Part shown: piece by piece, positions 50,918 to 64,000 of the stretch
Layout of the letters: the number at the start of each line of letters is the position of its first letter
Position numbering within the stretch: the stretch's first letter is position 1
NCBI RefSeq assembly: GCF_006345805.1
Contig: NC_043006.1
Location: 79,174,001-79,238,000, forward strand
Origin: Octopus sinensis
Taxonomy: Eukaryota
Direction of reading: 5' to 3'
DNA: 64,000 nt
The notes under the pieces: generated by a model
Database searches by the model: none
Told to the model about the DNA's origin: nothing
The model's input: the letters and a program-made list of their open reading frames with translations, nothing else
Translations under genes and position numbers: made by a program

Positions 50918-51424
50918 GAAATTAGATTAAGATTAATGTACAAAATAAATATCACTGAAGCAAAATATCACCAAATATATAGTGCGTGTGTTTTTATTGG
51001 CTAAACTGGCAAAATGGCCATTCCGAAATATAACAATATCTGTTTCAACACACGACTTCACATAAAAAATCTTGCACAACAAATATTTAAACGTATATAT
51101 ATATAAATATATATATATATATACACACACACATACACATGCAGGGGAATATAAATTATGTTTGTAAATCATGGTGTTTCCCCTATTTGGAAATTTGTTA
51201 AAAATTTTTGCTGTTATTGTTTTTTGGGGTTTTTTGGGGTTAACATGTTTCTGTATAAATCGCAACTGTTCTTTGTCTTTGTATTGCCCTGAAAGTTTTT
51301 AACACCCCTTGTGGGCCAATAAGGAATTTTTATGATTATACAAGAAATCATCATCATCAACATTATTATGAGATTGGTTTGTCATAGAAATGTAGTATGT
51401 TACATTACAGCAAGTGTGTGTGTA

Positions 51425-52295
51425 CGTGTGCAAACTCTGGTGGAACAAATTCCTATCGTAATCGTTGAGGAAGTAGCACAGAAGTTTGGATTTGGTCATA
51501 GCCATTCATCAACAGCTGCATGACATCAGAGAAGTCAGCAATTGAGTCACAAACTTTCTGAGTCTAATCACATACAGAGAGGAATGTGTGCTCTTCTTTG
51601 CAGTCATGTTTCACAAATGAACCTTTTTTGGATTGAACAGTGACTGGTGATGAGAAATGGGTTCTCTATAAAAATGTCAAGTGCTGAAGATAGTGGGTAG
51701 GGAAAGGAGAAACACTAGCATCTCAGGCTAAAGAAGGTCTTCACCCACTTATGGTATTGTTATCTGTTTGGTGGAATATTAAAGGTTTAGTCCACTTCGA
51801 ACTTTTAAACCCAAACCAAACGATAACAAAGGAGATCAACTGCAAGTAGCTTGAATGGCTGAAGTCAGCGCTAGAAGAAAAATGACCATCTTTCAATTCA
51901 AGACAAAAGATGTTCTTCCATCAGGATAATGCTTGACCACATACAGCGAGGTTGGCATTCCAAAGGCTGGAACAGTTTGAATGGGTAATGATGCCCCGCC
52001 CACCATATCTGCCAAACATTGACCCATCTGATTATCATTTATTCCGCAGTTTTCAAAATCATTTGGACGGAGAAAATAAGAATTCGGTAGACGAGATCAG
52101 AACAGTGCTGGAGGAGTATTTTTCGTCACAGACAAGCGAATTTTGGAAGAGGGGCCTTGCAAATCTACCAGATAGATGGAAGAGTGTTGTAGAAAATGAA
52201 GGAGAGTATATTTTAGATCAAAAAAGAACTTTGTTTATCTTAATTTTGAAAAATAAAAGTAATATAAAAAAAACATCATTCATGGGATAACCCAA
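51425..52295 (+). mobile_element. 5'-truncated decayed mariner
   Basis: VTGDEKW-like, HQDNA and RPPYLPNIDPSDYHLFRSFQNHL motifs. Right TIR atgggataacccaa|ta. Confidence 0.85.
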
Positions 52296-52681
52296 TACAT
52301 TCCAACAATGGAGCTTCGTATCTTTGTTAGAAACAGAGCTCCTTCCTCAGAGGAAGAATTTTAATAATTAAAAACCAAACATACACACATCTTTATATAA
52401 ATCATATAAAACAGAACTCAAGGACTGATGATGGCTGTTTTGTATCAGTAAGACTTGTATTATTCAGAAAAAGTGGCAGAAAGACTAGGATGAAGTTGCC
52501 ATGGGAAGTATCCAATAAATGTATACATAATATATATACATACATACATGCATATCCACATTCATTTTACATATATACACAGCACACAAATCTCGAAACA
52601 TACTCAAACACAAACAAATTTGAAGCAAAATTTATATTTTCCCTTCTACCCGAGGCACTTCTATTTTCTCATTGGTTAGAT

Positions 52682-53492
52682 CAGCGGCTCTCAACTGGGG
52701 TCCATATAAGATTTTGCATGGTCCACAGGAGCAAAATAGTAAACTGGGGATCCACAATATTATTTTAAGGGACCCTGAAAAAATTTTGCTTTAAATGCAT
52801 GTACTGATGTGTATTGCAAGAAACAGCTAGGTTTCTTTTTCTAACACAGTGGTTCTCAACCAGGATGCATATGGTCCCTGAGGGTCCATATAAGATTTTT
52901 GGGGGTTCACAGAACAAGATGTTAAATTGGGTGTCCCCTGAAAAAGTTTTGTTTTAAATTTATGTATTGGTATGTATTGCAAGAAACAGCTATTGGGGTC
53001 CATATAAGATTTTTCATGGTCCACAGGAAGAAAATAGTAAACAGGGGACCCACAATAGTATTTTAAGGGACCCTGAAAAAATTTTGCTTTAAATGCATGT
53101 ACTGACGTGTATTGCAAGAAATAGCTAGGTTTCTTTTTCTAACACAGTGGTTCTCAACCGGGATGCATATGGTCCCTGAGGGTCTATATAAGATTTTTAG
53201 GGGTTCACAGAACAAGATGTTAAATTGGGTATCCAGAATAGTATTTAAAGAGCCCCTGAAAAAATTTTGTTTTAAATTTATGTATTGGTATGTATTGCAA
53301 GAAACAGCTAAATTTCTTTCTCTAGCATTTTACATAGTTCAACCTACACAAGTTAATGCGTGAAAAACAAATTAGGAATTTTTAAAGAAGTTTCTATAAA
53401 ACTAGTCTTAGATATCAAATGGTTATGGGGATCCACCAGAATAAAATAGTAATCAAAGGAAACAATAGATAAAAACTGGTTGAGAATCCCTG
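52682..53492. mobile_element. Non-autonomous hAT element with internal ~300-bp tandem duplication
   Basis: Termini cagcggctctcaac / ggttgagaatccctg with perfect 8-bp TSD GGTTAGAT (52674-52681, 53493-53500). Extra left-end copies cagtggttctcaacc at about 52847 and 53146. Confidence 0.9.
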
Positions 53493-53711
53493 GGTTAGAT
53501 GAACATGTCACTGAGGTAATTTTTTCACATTTGGATATGCTTCCTGATGATAAAACCCTTACTGTTTTTCAAGTAAGGGATCTCTTATTCCAATTGACTT
53601 TGAAGGCATGAAGCTGGCAAAGTACTGGCAGGAAAAGTTGCTAACAACATAACTCCAACATTGTAACTTTTGAATAAGAAGCATACATGTAAACACACAC
53701 ACACACACTCA

Positions 53712-53747
<36 letters not shown>

Positions 53748-56700
53748 GCAGTAAAAATTTTCACCCAAGAACTAGATCAGCATCTCATCTGGGGATAGAG
53801 GAGGGGGTAGATTTATTTTATATTGCTTTGATGTTGCAGAAAGCATCACTAATAAGGAAATTCTGGATTCCAGAAGATCCACAGATAGAATGATCACCTC
53901 GCATACTTAAACAATTGTACTCTGGTTTTTATACATCATCATCGTCATTTAATGTGCCTTCTATGCTAGTAGGGCTGGACGGTTTGACATCTTCTGACAA
54001 ACTGGAGGACTGCATTGTGCTCTAACATCCATTTTGACATGGTTTCTACAGCTGGATGCCCTTCTTAATGCCAACAACTATCCAGAGTGTACTGGGTGCT
54101 TTCTTTTTGTGGCACCAGCACCAGTGAGGTCACCATGTAACTCACAAGACTAAAAAACGCAGACAAAAGAGTGGGAGTTTAGTAGAGAGGGCAACGGCTT
54201 CACTCACGTTGTTGAAAGGTTAGATTATGAAAGAAGAACAGGAACAACTCTTTTTCCCCAGAAGATATACATGGCTAGCTCACATTATATAAAGATGGAA
54301 TGGAATAATTGAAGAGGAACTGGAAATAGAATTAAAGATGATGGTAACAAGGTGCCCTCAAGACAGAGTGGAAACAAAAAATTAGGAAGGCTGAGTGTTT
54401 AGGGATTGCAAGTGTGTGTTTGGAGAGAATAAGAGGTGGTCGGAAAAGGGGATATGGGTGAATGTAGTGTTCCAGTGCTCTAGGATAAATGGGGATCAGA
54501 GCACCAATGCCTTGCAAAAGGGAGAACAGCACTGCTTCCACTGTTGTTATTAGGGTAACATGGATGGAATGAGAGGTGTGGAAGGCTAACTTGTTAGGGC
54601 AGAAGTGTAACAGTAGCAATAGAAGTACTAACACTAGTCATAAATGTGCCAGAGTGGGGCAACCCAAGTTAAGGGTGTTACTTATGACTCTAGCTGCACT
54701 TGAACTCCTGATCAGTAATTTTACTTTCACATGTACAGTAAGGAGAAAAACAAAAATATAAAATAAAAATTACTAACTCATTTTGACAGCTATAAGTTAT
54801 TAATTTTAGGCTAGTGATCAAATGGCCAGGAGTTCAAGCCTTAACAGAAACCATAAGTAAGGTTGGCAGATAACTGCATGTAAGTCTGTGTGGGACACTC
54901 TAACAGGGAAGGGTTTGTGAGAAATGAAATACTTTTATAAAAAGGATTAGGGGCCTCTGTAAAGTACCAAAGCTACAGCTAGTAAATCAGAACAGGAATA
55001 CTGTGAAAGGAGCTCTTGGTAAGAGTTTTCTTATAATTTTGTTACAGAACTTAAAATACAACAAAGCAACATAAACCAAATTCACTTTTGTGAAGAATTT
55101 TAGGTCATTGTTGGTATTTAGTTGATAGACACTCCAACCCACAAGTTGTAGAAACAAACCAAAGTCACCCTTAACAAGATTTGAACTCAGAACATACAGG
55201 GGCAAAATGTGACTACAGTTAAATAATCTGATATTTTATAGCATTTCAGTCATCTTATCACTTTTCTGTAGCACATGCATGCATGCACACACACACGCAC
55301 ACACACCACTATTAAGATTTTTTCCTATATTCATTTCATTCTATTTATATATATTTCTTTACTACCCACAAGGGGCTAAACACAGAGGGGACAAACAAGG
55401 ACAGACAAAGGGATTAAGTCGATTACATCGACCTCAGTACGTAACTGGTACTTAATTTATTGACCCTCGAAAGGATGAAAGGCAAAGTCGACCTCGGCGG
55501 AATTTGAACTCGGAACGTATCGACAGACAAAATACGGCTACACATTTCGCCCGGCGTGCTAACGATTCTGCCAGCTCGCTGCCTTAATTTCATTCTATTT
55601 ATATAATTTTATCTTCTAATGTAGTCTTCTCAGAGCAATAACAGACAAGTATTTATTTTATCACAAGAATTTTTCTGATAAAGAACACAGTTCTTTCAGA
55701 AATACAAATATCACAAATAACTAAGGAAGACTTTCACACTGGAAAATGCCAAAGATTTTTCTGTTATTCTTTTTTATTTTATTTTATTTATTTATTTATA
55801 TATTTATTTATCACATTGTTTTTAATTGATTAAAGAATCTGTTAGAATAATCTTATGCCACAAACCATGAACTAAATCACAGAACTAAAGAATATGGAAG
55901 ACTCTGAATGTGTATGAAATTTATATACATGCATATAGTATTAAAAACATTTAGATATTTGTCTCTCTCTCTCTCATTCTTTGAAGCATTTGTAAAGGGG
56001 TTATTTACCCGAAATATCATGAAGGATTGAATATTTCTACAGTAACATTTCAACATACCATTATTTTATTATTTTTCGATAAAGGGTAAAGACCTCCTTC
56101 AGCCATGAATGACCATGGAATTGCACCCAAAAAGTTCCGCTCTGAGGTACAAGTCCAGGGAAAATTATTTGTGGAAGACCAGCAGTTGTCCATGCATACC
56201 AGCCTCTCGTCTCTACACCACTGATGTTGTCCAAGAGAAAGGCAAAAGCCAATAGAGCTTGGTACTAGTGACATTGCAACTCATTTCTACAGCTGACTAA
56301 ACTTGAGCAACATGAAATAAAGTGTCTTTCTCAAGAGCCTGGTCTGGGAATCAAACTCACTACCTCACAAGTATAAGTCTGACACTCTAACCACTGAGCT
56401 AATGCTCAATTTGCATTCCTATTAGCCTCGATAATGTACAAATTTTTCTCCATTTTCCACTACTCATTAAACTAACCGCAGTACTATTCTATCTTCAGAA
56501 ACTGCTTCAAGCAAACTTTTTAATCAAAAAAAGGTTTTAAACTTCACTTCTCAATAGATTTAAAAACTCAACTACACCCAGCCCCCACCTTACACCAATA
56601 CATATTGAGCCCTTAATGCATGGGAATAAATTTTTCAACTCTTCACACAGCGAAATATGATTCTTGAGCCCTTGTTATTCAGATAAAAATCTCACACCAA

Positions 56701-57323
56701 GATAAACATTTTTTCCAGTTCTTTAAATACAAAGCCAGGTTTTTCAGTCTTTCACACACAAAAATGTTTCCCCACCCCCCAGCCCTTGACACACTGAAAC
56801 AAGTTTTTCAACCCTTCACTTCATATAATACTAAGATAGGTTTCTGAGCCCTTCACATAAATTGAATTTTTAAAAACAGTTTGCAACACACAATCAACGA
56901 GTTCAGCTACAATTGGAAAGTCTCCAATTACAAACTAATTAACAGTTGTAGTAATACAATATTGATGCTCAACTTTGTTCTAAAATTGCTAAATAATTAC
57001 CTGACAGCAGCAGTGATTACCAGCAGCAGCAGTGATTACTGCTGCTGTTACTAATGGTGTTGTTGTTGGTGGTGGTGGTGGTGGTGGTGCCAAGTGGATC
57101 TTTTAGTGTTATCGACAAGGAATTTAAAGTGTGAGGCAGTATATTTCATCATCATCATCATCATCATTTAATGTCCGTGTTCAACTGTTTAATGCTGACA
57201 TGGGTTGGATGATTTGATAGGCTCCAATGGGTCCAAGGACTGCATCGTGCTCCAGTGTCTGCTTTGGCATGGTCCCCACAGCCCGATGCCCTTCCTAATG
57301 CCAACCACTTTACAGCATGTACT

Positions 57324-57562
57324 TATTTCTTATTTCTTTACTACCCACAAGGGGCTACACACAGAGGGGGACAAACAAAGACAGGCAAACAGTTTAAGTC
57401 GATTATATCAACCCCAGTACATAACTGGTACTTATTTAATCGACCCCGATAGGATGAAAGGCAGAGTCGACCTCGGCAGAATTTGAACTCAGAATGTAGC
57501 GGCAGACGAAATACCACTAAGCATGTCGCCCGGTGTGCTAACGATTCTGCCAGCTCGCCGCC
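57324..57562 (-). mobile_element. SINE family B monomer with TSD (similar monomers at 8039-8273-, 55351-55585-, 62320-62537-)
   Basis: 15-bp TSD tttacagcatgtact and a (GAAATAA)n-type tail. Confidence 0.88.
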
Positions 57563-58485
57563 TTTACAGCATGTACTAGGTATGTTTTTTTCCATGCTGC
57601 CGGCACTAGTGAGGCCATCATGACAGTTTGCAAGATAATAAACATTGAGGGGACAACTTTATGCAAGGAGATATCAAAATATATCAATAATTAGCAATAC
57701 ATTAATAATTACTCTGCTTGCTTTTAATCAGGCCATCCAAAAATAAGTAACGTAAAACTTGACATTATACCAAACAGATCTAATCTTTATCAGTCTATAT
57801 CTGAATAGTTATTAAAAAAAAAAAAAAAATCAGTATATTTAATTGTAAATATTTGCTTGAGAAAATGAAGCAAAATTTAGAATTTACAGAACCTTCCAAC
57901 CCAAGCAAAGATTGCAAAAGAAAAAAAAAATTAAAAACACAAAAAAATATAATCTGAATGCATGTATGTGTGTGTGTGCGTGTGCATGTGAGAGAGTACA
58001 TGTTTATATAGATATATATATAAATGTGTGTGTGACTATGTGTTTATATATATATATATAAATACATAGGCACATATTGTTCGTTTGCAGTGTCATAGTA
58101 ACCTCTCAATATTGATTATGATGATGGCAGTGGTGGAAATGGTGGCAGTGGTGGTGACAATGATGATGATAATGATGATGATAATGATGATGATGTTGAC
58201 AAATATAATTGAAAGGAGACATTTTTGTTCTTTTAGAGTATCACAAGAGATTCTAACAAACAGTGGTATTGTGCAAGGAAATAGGCAGCAGTGTATCAAG
58301 TGTAGTGGATGGCGGGGGTGGGGAGAGGCTTGCTTTGGAGGCCAGGTGTGTTTATCAAGAGCTGGGCTCATTAGTCCTCACCTGAGCTATAAGTGTAAAG
58401 TGTAAATCTGTCTGAGTGTACGATATTCCAAATGGTCTGTGATGGTCTTCCTCAGCCACAATCACAAATGGACAGCTAATATCAT

Positions 58486-58531
<46 letters not shown>

Positions 58532-58570
58532 TATATATATTGGAAGGTTGGAGATGATGTACAGGTATTT

Positions 58571-58770
58571 TATATTAGAAGAAATGAGGTACTCAGAAAT
58601 TCGGATGGGTTTATATTTACAGATATTTAACTTAGTTCGATTTGAAAACCCCACTAGAATGGGAGAAAACGCTAATACATGATCTAAGTTATATGATGTA
58701 GAAAAAAATGTAATATACAAATAAATATCTGTAAATATAAAACCATCCGAATTTCTGAGTACCTCATTTC

Positions 58771-58780
<10 letters not shown>
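58571..58780. mobile_element. MITE-like element with 59-bp terminal inverted repeats
   Basis: 58571-58629 vs 58722-58780, 1 mismatch, TA-rich ends. Confidence 0.8.
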
Positions 58781-58823
<43 letters not shown>

Positions 58824-58968
58824 ATTCATATTTACACACACACACTCACATATGTGTGAGCTGATTTAAAATTATTATTTTAAAGCAATTTTAAGAACTG
58901 ATTACTTAATACTGAGAGTAAATTAAATTTCATTATTAAATTGTTTTTGACCCAGTCAAAAACAAACA

Positions 58969-59037
<69 letters not shown>

Positions 59038-60480
59038 ACTGGAAGGATAGATTGTCACTATAGTATAACAATATAACAGGAATATTACATTTCAATACAC
59101 CAGAATTATTAACAAGGCAGGATCTGAGTTTATTCGAAAACTTGATCATATTATTTTACAAGGATGGCTTATATGTATATATATATATATATGTGGCTGT
59201 GTGGTAAGTAGCTTGCTAACCAACCACATGGTTCCGGGTTCAGTCCCACTGCGTGGCATCTTGGGCAAGTGTCTTCTGCTATAGCCCCGGGCCGACCAAT
59301 GCCTTGTGAGTGGATTTGGTAGACGGAAACTGAAAGAAGCCCGTCGTATATATGTGTATATATATATATGTGTGTATGTGTATGTGTTTGTGTGTGTGTG
59401 TTTGTACCCCTAGCATTGCTTGACAACCGATGGTGTGTTTACGTCCCCGTCACTTAGCGGTTCGGCAAAAGAGACCGATAGAATAAGTACTAGGCTTACA
59501 AAGAATAAGTCCCGGGGTCGATTTGCTCGCTTAAAGGCGGTGCTCCAGCATGGCCGCAGTCAAATGACTGAAACAAGGAAAAGAGTAAAAGAGTAAAAAG
59601 AGTATATATATATATATAATATATATATTTTGGGGGGGTAATTATTATTTAATCATATTTCAGAAAAATATTTTAAAATTTCCTTTTCCATTTTAATAAT
59701 TTCATTATCATATTTTTGGTGGTATTCACTGCCTTCGTTTCAATTTCCATAGTTAATGGTGTATAAGACACTATTTCCCTGCCCACCCCCCAAAAAAAAT
59801 ATTGCTTAAAAAGACAAAAAACATCAAGTCTTATATGCAAAGTTGGGTCTCCCATAAGCTTTAATGCACTATAAATCTATTTCCCTGACATAGGGGTGCA
59901 CCATATACACCCATGCATTTTTATGCATTCAGATACAGAAATTTTGAAAATAAAGAAGAATTTATGAAAAAAAAACTGTCATCAGTCTGGAGTTCAGAAT
60001 ATGAATCAATGTGAAATTCTGATGGGCAGTTATAATTTAGATCCCTTCAAAACAGAAAGTTTGTATCACAGAACCGAAGGTGAGCTCAGGCAAGTTGTTA
60101 TCAAAAGGATTAAATTCTGTGCTGTATTGATAAAAAGCCACTCTGCTCTGTTATTCTCTTCAATCCCAAAGTGAAAGTTCAAATCTCATTGAAGTTATGT
60201 AGTTTAATATTGTCATTTCATTTCATTTCGCTCCTCATCTGTAGACTTAAATTTCCATGACTTTACATTCTAGCTCATGGACAGTTGTATTTATATTATA
60301 TTTATTATACCAGTGGAATTTTAAGTTGATATTTTATATTTTTCAAAGTTAAGTGTAAATAATTACAGAACAAAAAAAAAAATTAAATGTTCTATTTTTT
60401 TTCTCAGCTGTACAGATTTTGAATAAATAAAAAAATTTACTTGTACCATTTGTAAATAATGTACATAACCAAATACACCC

Positions 60481-60572
<92 letters not shown>

Positions 60573-60576
<4 letters not shown>

Positions 60577-60693
60577 GAGAGGGATGACCGCCATGTGGAC
60601 AACCCTTATGCTAGAAGTAGATCCACTACTTCTAGCACAGTGGATCTACTTCTAGCATAAGGGCTGTCCACATGGTGGTCATCCCTCTCATAT
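60573..60693. repeat. 55-bp inverted repeat with 11-nt loop
   Basis: 60573-60627 vs 60639-60693, 2 mismatches. Confidence 0.95.
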
Positions 60694-63600
60694 GTATATA
60701 ATACAATTTACTGAACCTTCACTGGTGTTAAATTGATATTAATTAAATTAATATCCAATTTCTCACCCTCATTTTAAATTTATATATATATATATATGTA
60801 TATATAATTTATTTGCTGATGTGAGGCAGCACTACACAAGCACAACATTCATATTTTGTTTTAGAAGCAGCACAGTAACGCAGTATATCTCCAGAACCCT
60901 TTCCACCCTGTCTTTCATAAAATGAGGAAGCTGTGGGGAATAAGGATGGGAGCATTTATCCATGTTATAGTAAAATGAACTATTGACTAGATATAGGGGT
61001 GGAAGACAAAGGAGGAGGGGAGGATGAGGAAGACATGGGGGAGTGGGGGACAAGGAGAGGAGGAGGGCATGAGGAGGAGGAGGGCATGGGGAGGAGGAGG
61101 ACATGGGGAGGACACGGGAGAGGAGGAGGATGACAATGATGATGATGATGATGATCACTGCGACAGACAATTTTTGCTTGTTCTCTGTTTTATCTTCTTT
61201 AACCCTTGTCTTAACAAATTTCCATTGAAATTCACTGCCTTTTCTTTCAATTAATTTTGAAAATAACAAAGAATTCAGTAGAATTACTTTGTCATTATCA
61301 AGCTGATGTTTTGGAACTTAAATTAACACGAAGTTTTGATGGAAGGTTTTAATTTAAATTAAATCAGTTTAAAACAGTAATTTAATATCATAGAACTAAG
61401 GGCGAACCCGGGAAGGATGGTGTCCAAAGGGTCAGGCAGCCTTAACACTCCCTGTGTTTCCCTGTGTGTATGAATGTAAAGTGACATAACGACACTCTTC
61501 GGTCAAGAATGACCACAGGATTGTTCCCCTCCGAGGCACAAGTATGAGCAAGGTTGTTTATGGAAGACCAGCAGTTGCCCATGCATACCAGCCTCTCCAC
61601 ACCACTGATGTGCCGTCCAAGAATTTGGACCTGGAGATCTCCATTTCCAGTGACTTCAAGGGCCACCTCCCAGTGGTGCCGGGCGTCAACAAAGAGCCCT
61701 CGACTACAACAAGACGACCAAAGTTCTTTCTTTTTTCCCAAGGTCTGGGGTCTCCTGCCCCTAAGCCCTAGACCATCACCTAATCACCCTTACCCATCTT
61801 GTTGCTTAACAACAACAACAGCACTGATGTTACCCGAGGGAAGCACAAAGGCCAATACAGCTTGGCACCAGTGACGTCGCAACTCATTTCTACAGCTGAG
61901 TGAACTGGAGCAACGTGAACTAAAGTGTCTTGCTCAAGAACACAACACACAGCCCAGTTCAGGAATTGAACTCTCACCACTGAGCCATGTAAGAGGTATT
62001 CAAATGCATGTGTACATGTGTGTATGTTCATGTATGTGAGTGTACAATTTTTTAGTCTGCTTTCTATAAGAAAAGAAAGGAAAAAAATCCATTTTTTGGA
62101 AGGTAGAGCAATAAAAAAGACTTACCCAAAGCAGGTTTAAAACAATAAGGTGAACAAATTCATCAAAGTGAACAGGTGTTATTTAGTTAACAGGAACAAA
62201 ACAAAACAAAACAGATGGAGGGTAGTGAACAAGCGAGTGAGAAAGGAAACAGAACTGTGTGGAGGGGGAGAATTATTTGTATTTTGCATTTCAATTCTCC
62301 CACACAGACACATATATATTTCTTTATTGCCCACAAGGGGCTAAACATAGAGGGGACAAACAAGGACAGACAAAGGGATTAAGTCGATTACATCGACCCC
62401 AGTGCAAAACTGGTACTTTATTTATCGACCCCGAAAGGATGAAAGGCAAAGTCGACCTCAGCAGAATTTGAACTCAGAACGTAACCACAGACGAGGTACC
62501 GTTAAGCATTTCGCCCGGCGCGCTAACGTTTCTGCCAGACACATATAAGCTTCCCTTATAGCTCGTTAACTATTAATTACAAATTATGAATTACAAAAAG
62601 GTTAATGAAAACTAGCAGTGCAGAAGATTCGTTAGCTAGGAAATGGACACTATAATACTCAATTGCCATTCCAAAAGGAGAAACAGAAAAGAAATGGAGA
62701 GGTAGATTGGGGGGGGGGCAGAGGGGAAGAGGAGAGAGAGGAGGAAGAGGAGGAAGAGAAGAGAGAAATGAGGAAAAGGGAAGGAAGAGGAAGAGGAAGA
62801 AGATGAGGTGGGCAAAGAAGACAAGAAGAAGAAGAAGGAGGAGGAAAAACAAAGAGCACAAGCAAGGTGGAGGAAGAGGTGGAAGGGTTGGGTGAGGGGT
62901 CACACAGAAAAGGGGGCAAATAGGATGCTGTACTGCAATGAATATCATCATCAGTGGCCCTCACCAAAAAATCATCTGAAAATAATTTTCTTTCTTTTTT
63001 TTTTTTTTTGTTTTTAAGGGGAAAGTCAGGTGCAGGGGAATATACTGGCCATTAACTCATTGGTAACTCCTTGCATGTAAAGGTTTCTAGAAGAATGCCC
63101 TGCAGTAGTAGTAATAGTAATAGAAGTAGAAGCGGCAGGTGCCACCACCCCACAAACTGTTCCTCCTGGAATACTGGTTTTCAACATAGAACAACAATGG
63201 CAAACTTCTACATGATTGTACAGCTTGCCAGAAATATGGTAACCAAATCTCCTCCAAGTCACATACCAACATCTTTAAAAATGAATAAAAGGAAGAATAC
63301 ACCGTACAATGTAGTCTTCACACACACACACACTCAGTCTCATAATGGGATGGCCACAGTTTGAATGCTTGCTTTTGATCAATAGAGGCCAGCTTGGGGC
63401 TAAACAACAAGATAATACAAAAGAAGAACAGAGGTGATGGGTGGTGGGGGGGGGGGCAAAAGTAATACAAGAAAAAATCAAAACAAAGAAAAATTGAAAA
63501 ACAAATTCATTAGGGCTTGTTGCAGCCCCAAAATTTCATTGAAATATGTGTGTAAGGAAAAGTCGGAAAGGGTAGAAATGATAATGATAATTATGATGGT

Positions 63601-64000
63601 GAATTTACAAAAAGAAAAAATTTTTTTAAAAGACATAAATGTAAAAAAATCACACAAAAAGGAGAGGGAAAAAAAAAACAAGAAACAAACTTGAAAAAAG
63701 TGGAATTCAATATTTTTTAGGGAAAAATATATCACATTTAACATAGAAAATGAAATGATGTAATCAACATTAAATAAATTTCTGTCATCCAGTGTAATTT
63801 CATTAACTTTTGTTATTTCTGTCATCCAGTGTTAATTTCATTAACTTTTATTATTTTTTATCCTTACTGCCTATACTTAGAAAGAAATTCAAACATTTCT
63901 TATATCTGGACTGATTTTTTTTGTATTTGTATTTATCATAATTGATAACATATAAGATAGATACTTTTTTTTTTAATGTTTCAAAAAAAAAAAATCACCC

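Larger units (their letters stand above)
50243..51036. repeat. 214-bp inverted repeat (50243-50456 / 50823-51036), possibly Penelope-type pseudo-LTRs
   Basis: Arms are reverse complements with a handful of mismatches. Each carries a hammerhead-like motif and (TA)n lies adjacent. Confidence 0.85.

Noticed and set aside
63026-63302. Minus-strand ORFs behind a tttttaaAG acceptor
   Set aside because: No recognisable protein family, partly low-complexity, and no donor or partner exon found.
63779-63855. ~39-bp tandem duplication (also a ~21-bp one near 50566-50615)
   Set aside because: Ordinary slippage products.

Overview
AT-rich eukaryotic (animal) genomic DNA dense in microsatellites and tRNA-derived SINEs. 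The repeat repertoire looks like a coleoid cephalopod (Octopus); that assignment is inference. Two protein-coding genes are supported, both on +. The first is a 5-exon, 303-aa claudin/PMP22-superfamily tetraspan protein (CDS 4500-21615, all introns GT-AG and phase-consistent). The second is a single-coding-exon 323-aa protein (35518-36489) made of two tandem Speriolin C-terminal-like domains. The rest is repeats: at least four SINE families, R4/Dong-type RLE non-LTR retrotransposon pieces stacked in (TAA)n, a decayed full-length mariner plus fragments and a MITE, a maT-like fragment, a hAT element with 8-bp TSD, non-autonomous Helitrons, and Penelope-like remnants. Most notable observations: (1) a minimal hammerhead ribozyme with a compensatory U3-A8 core behind a Penelope GIY-YIG ORF; (2) a second hammerhead-like motif in both arms of a 214-bp inverted repeat; (3) a 3.4-kb palindrome whose outer ends are both Helitron 3' termini, adjacent to a perfect 88-bp hairpin; (4) SINE multimers that re-enter at one fixed nucleotide. 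The right third (about 44-64 kb) is CpG-depleted and may lie in a methylated transcription unit whose coding exons I cannot identify. Most long ORFs in the supplied track are microsatellite artefacts. Repeat boundaries are read by eye and approximate unless stated.
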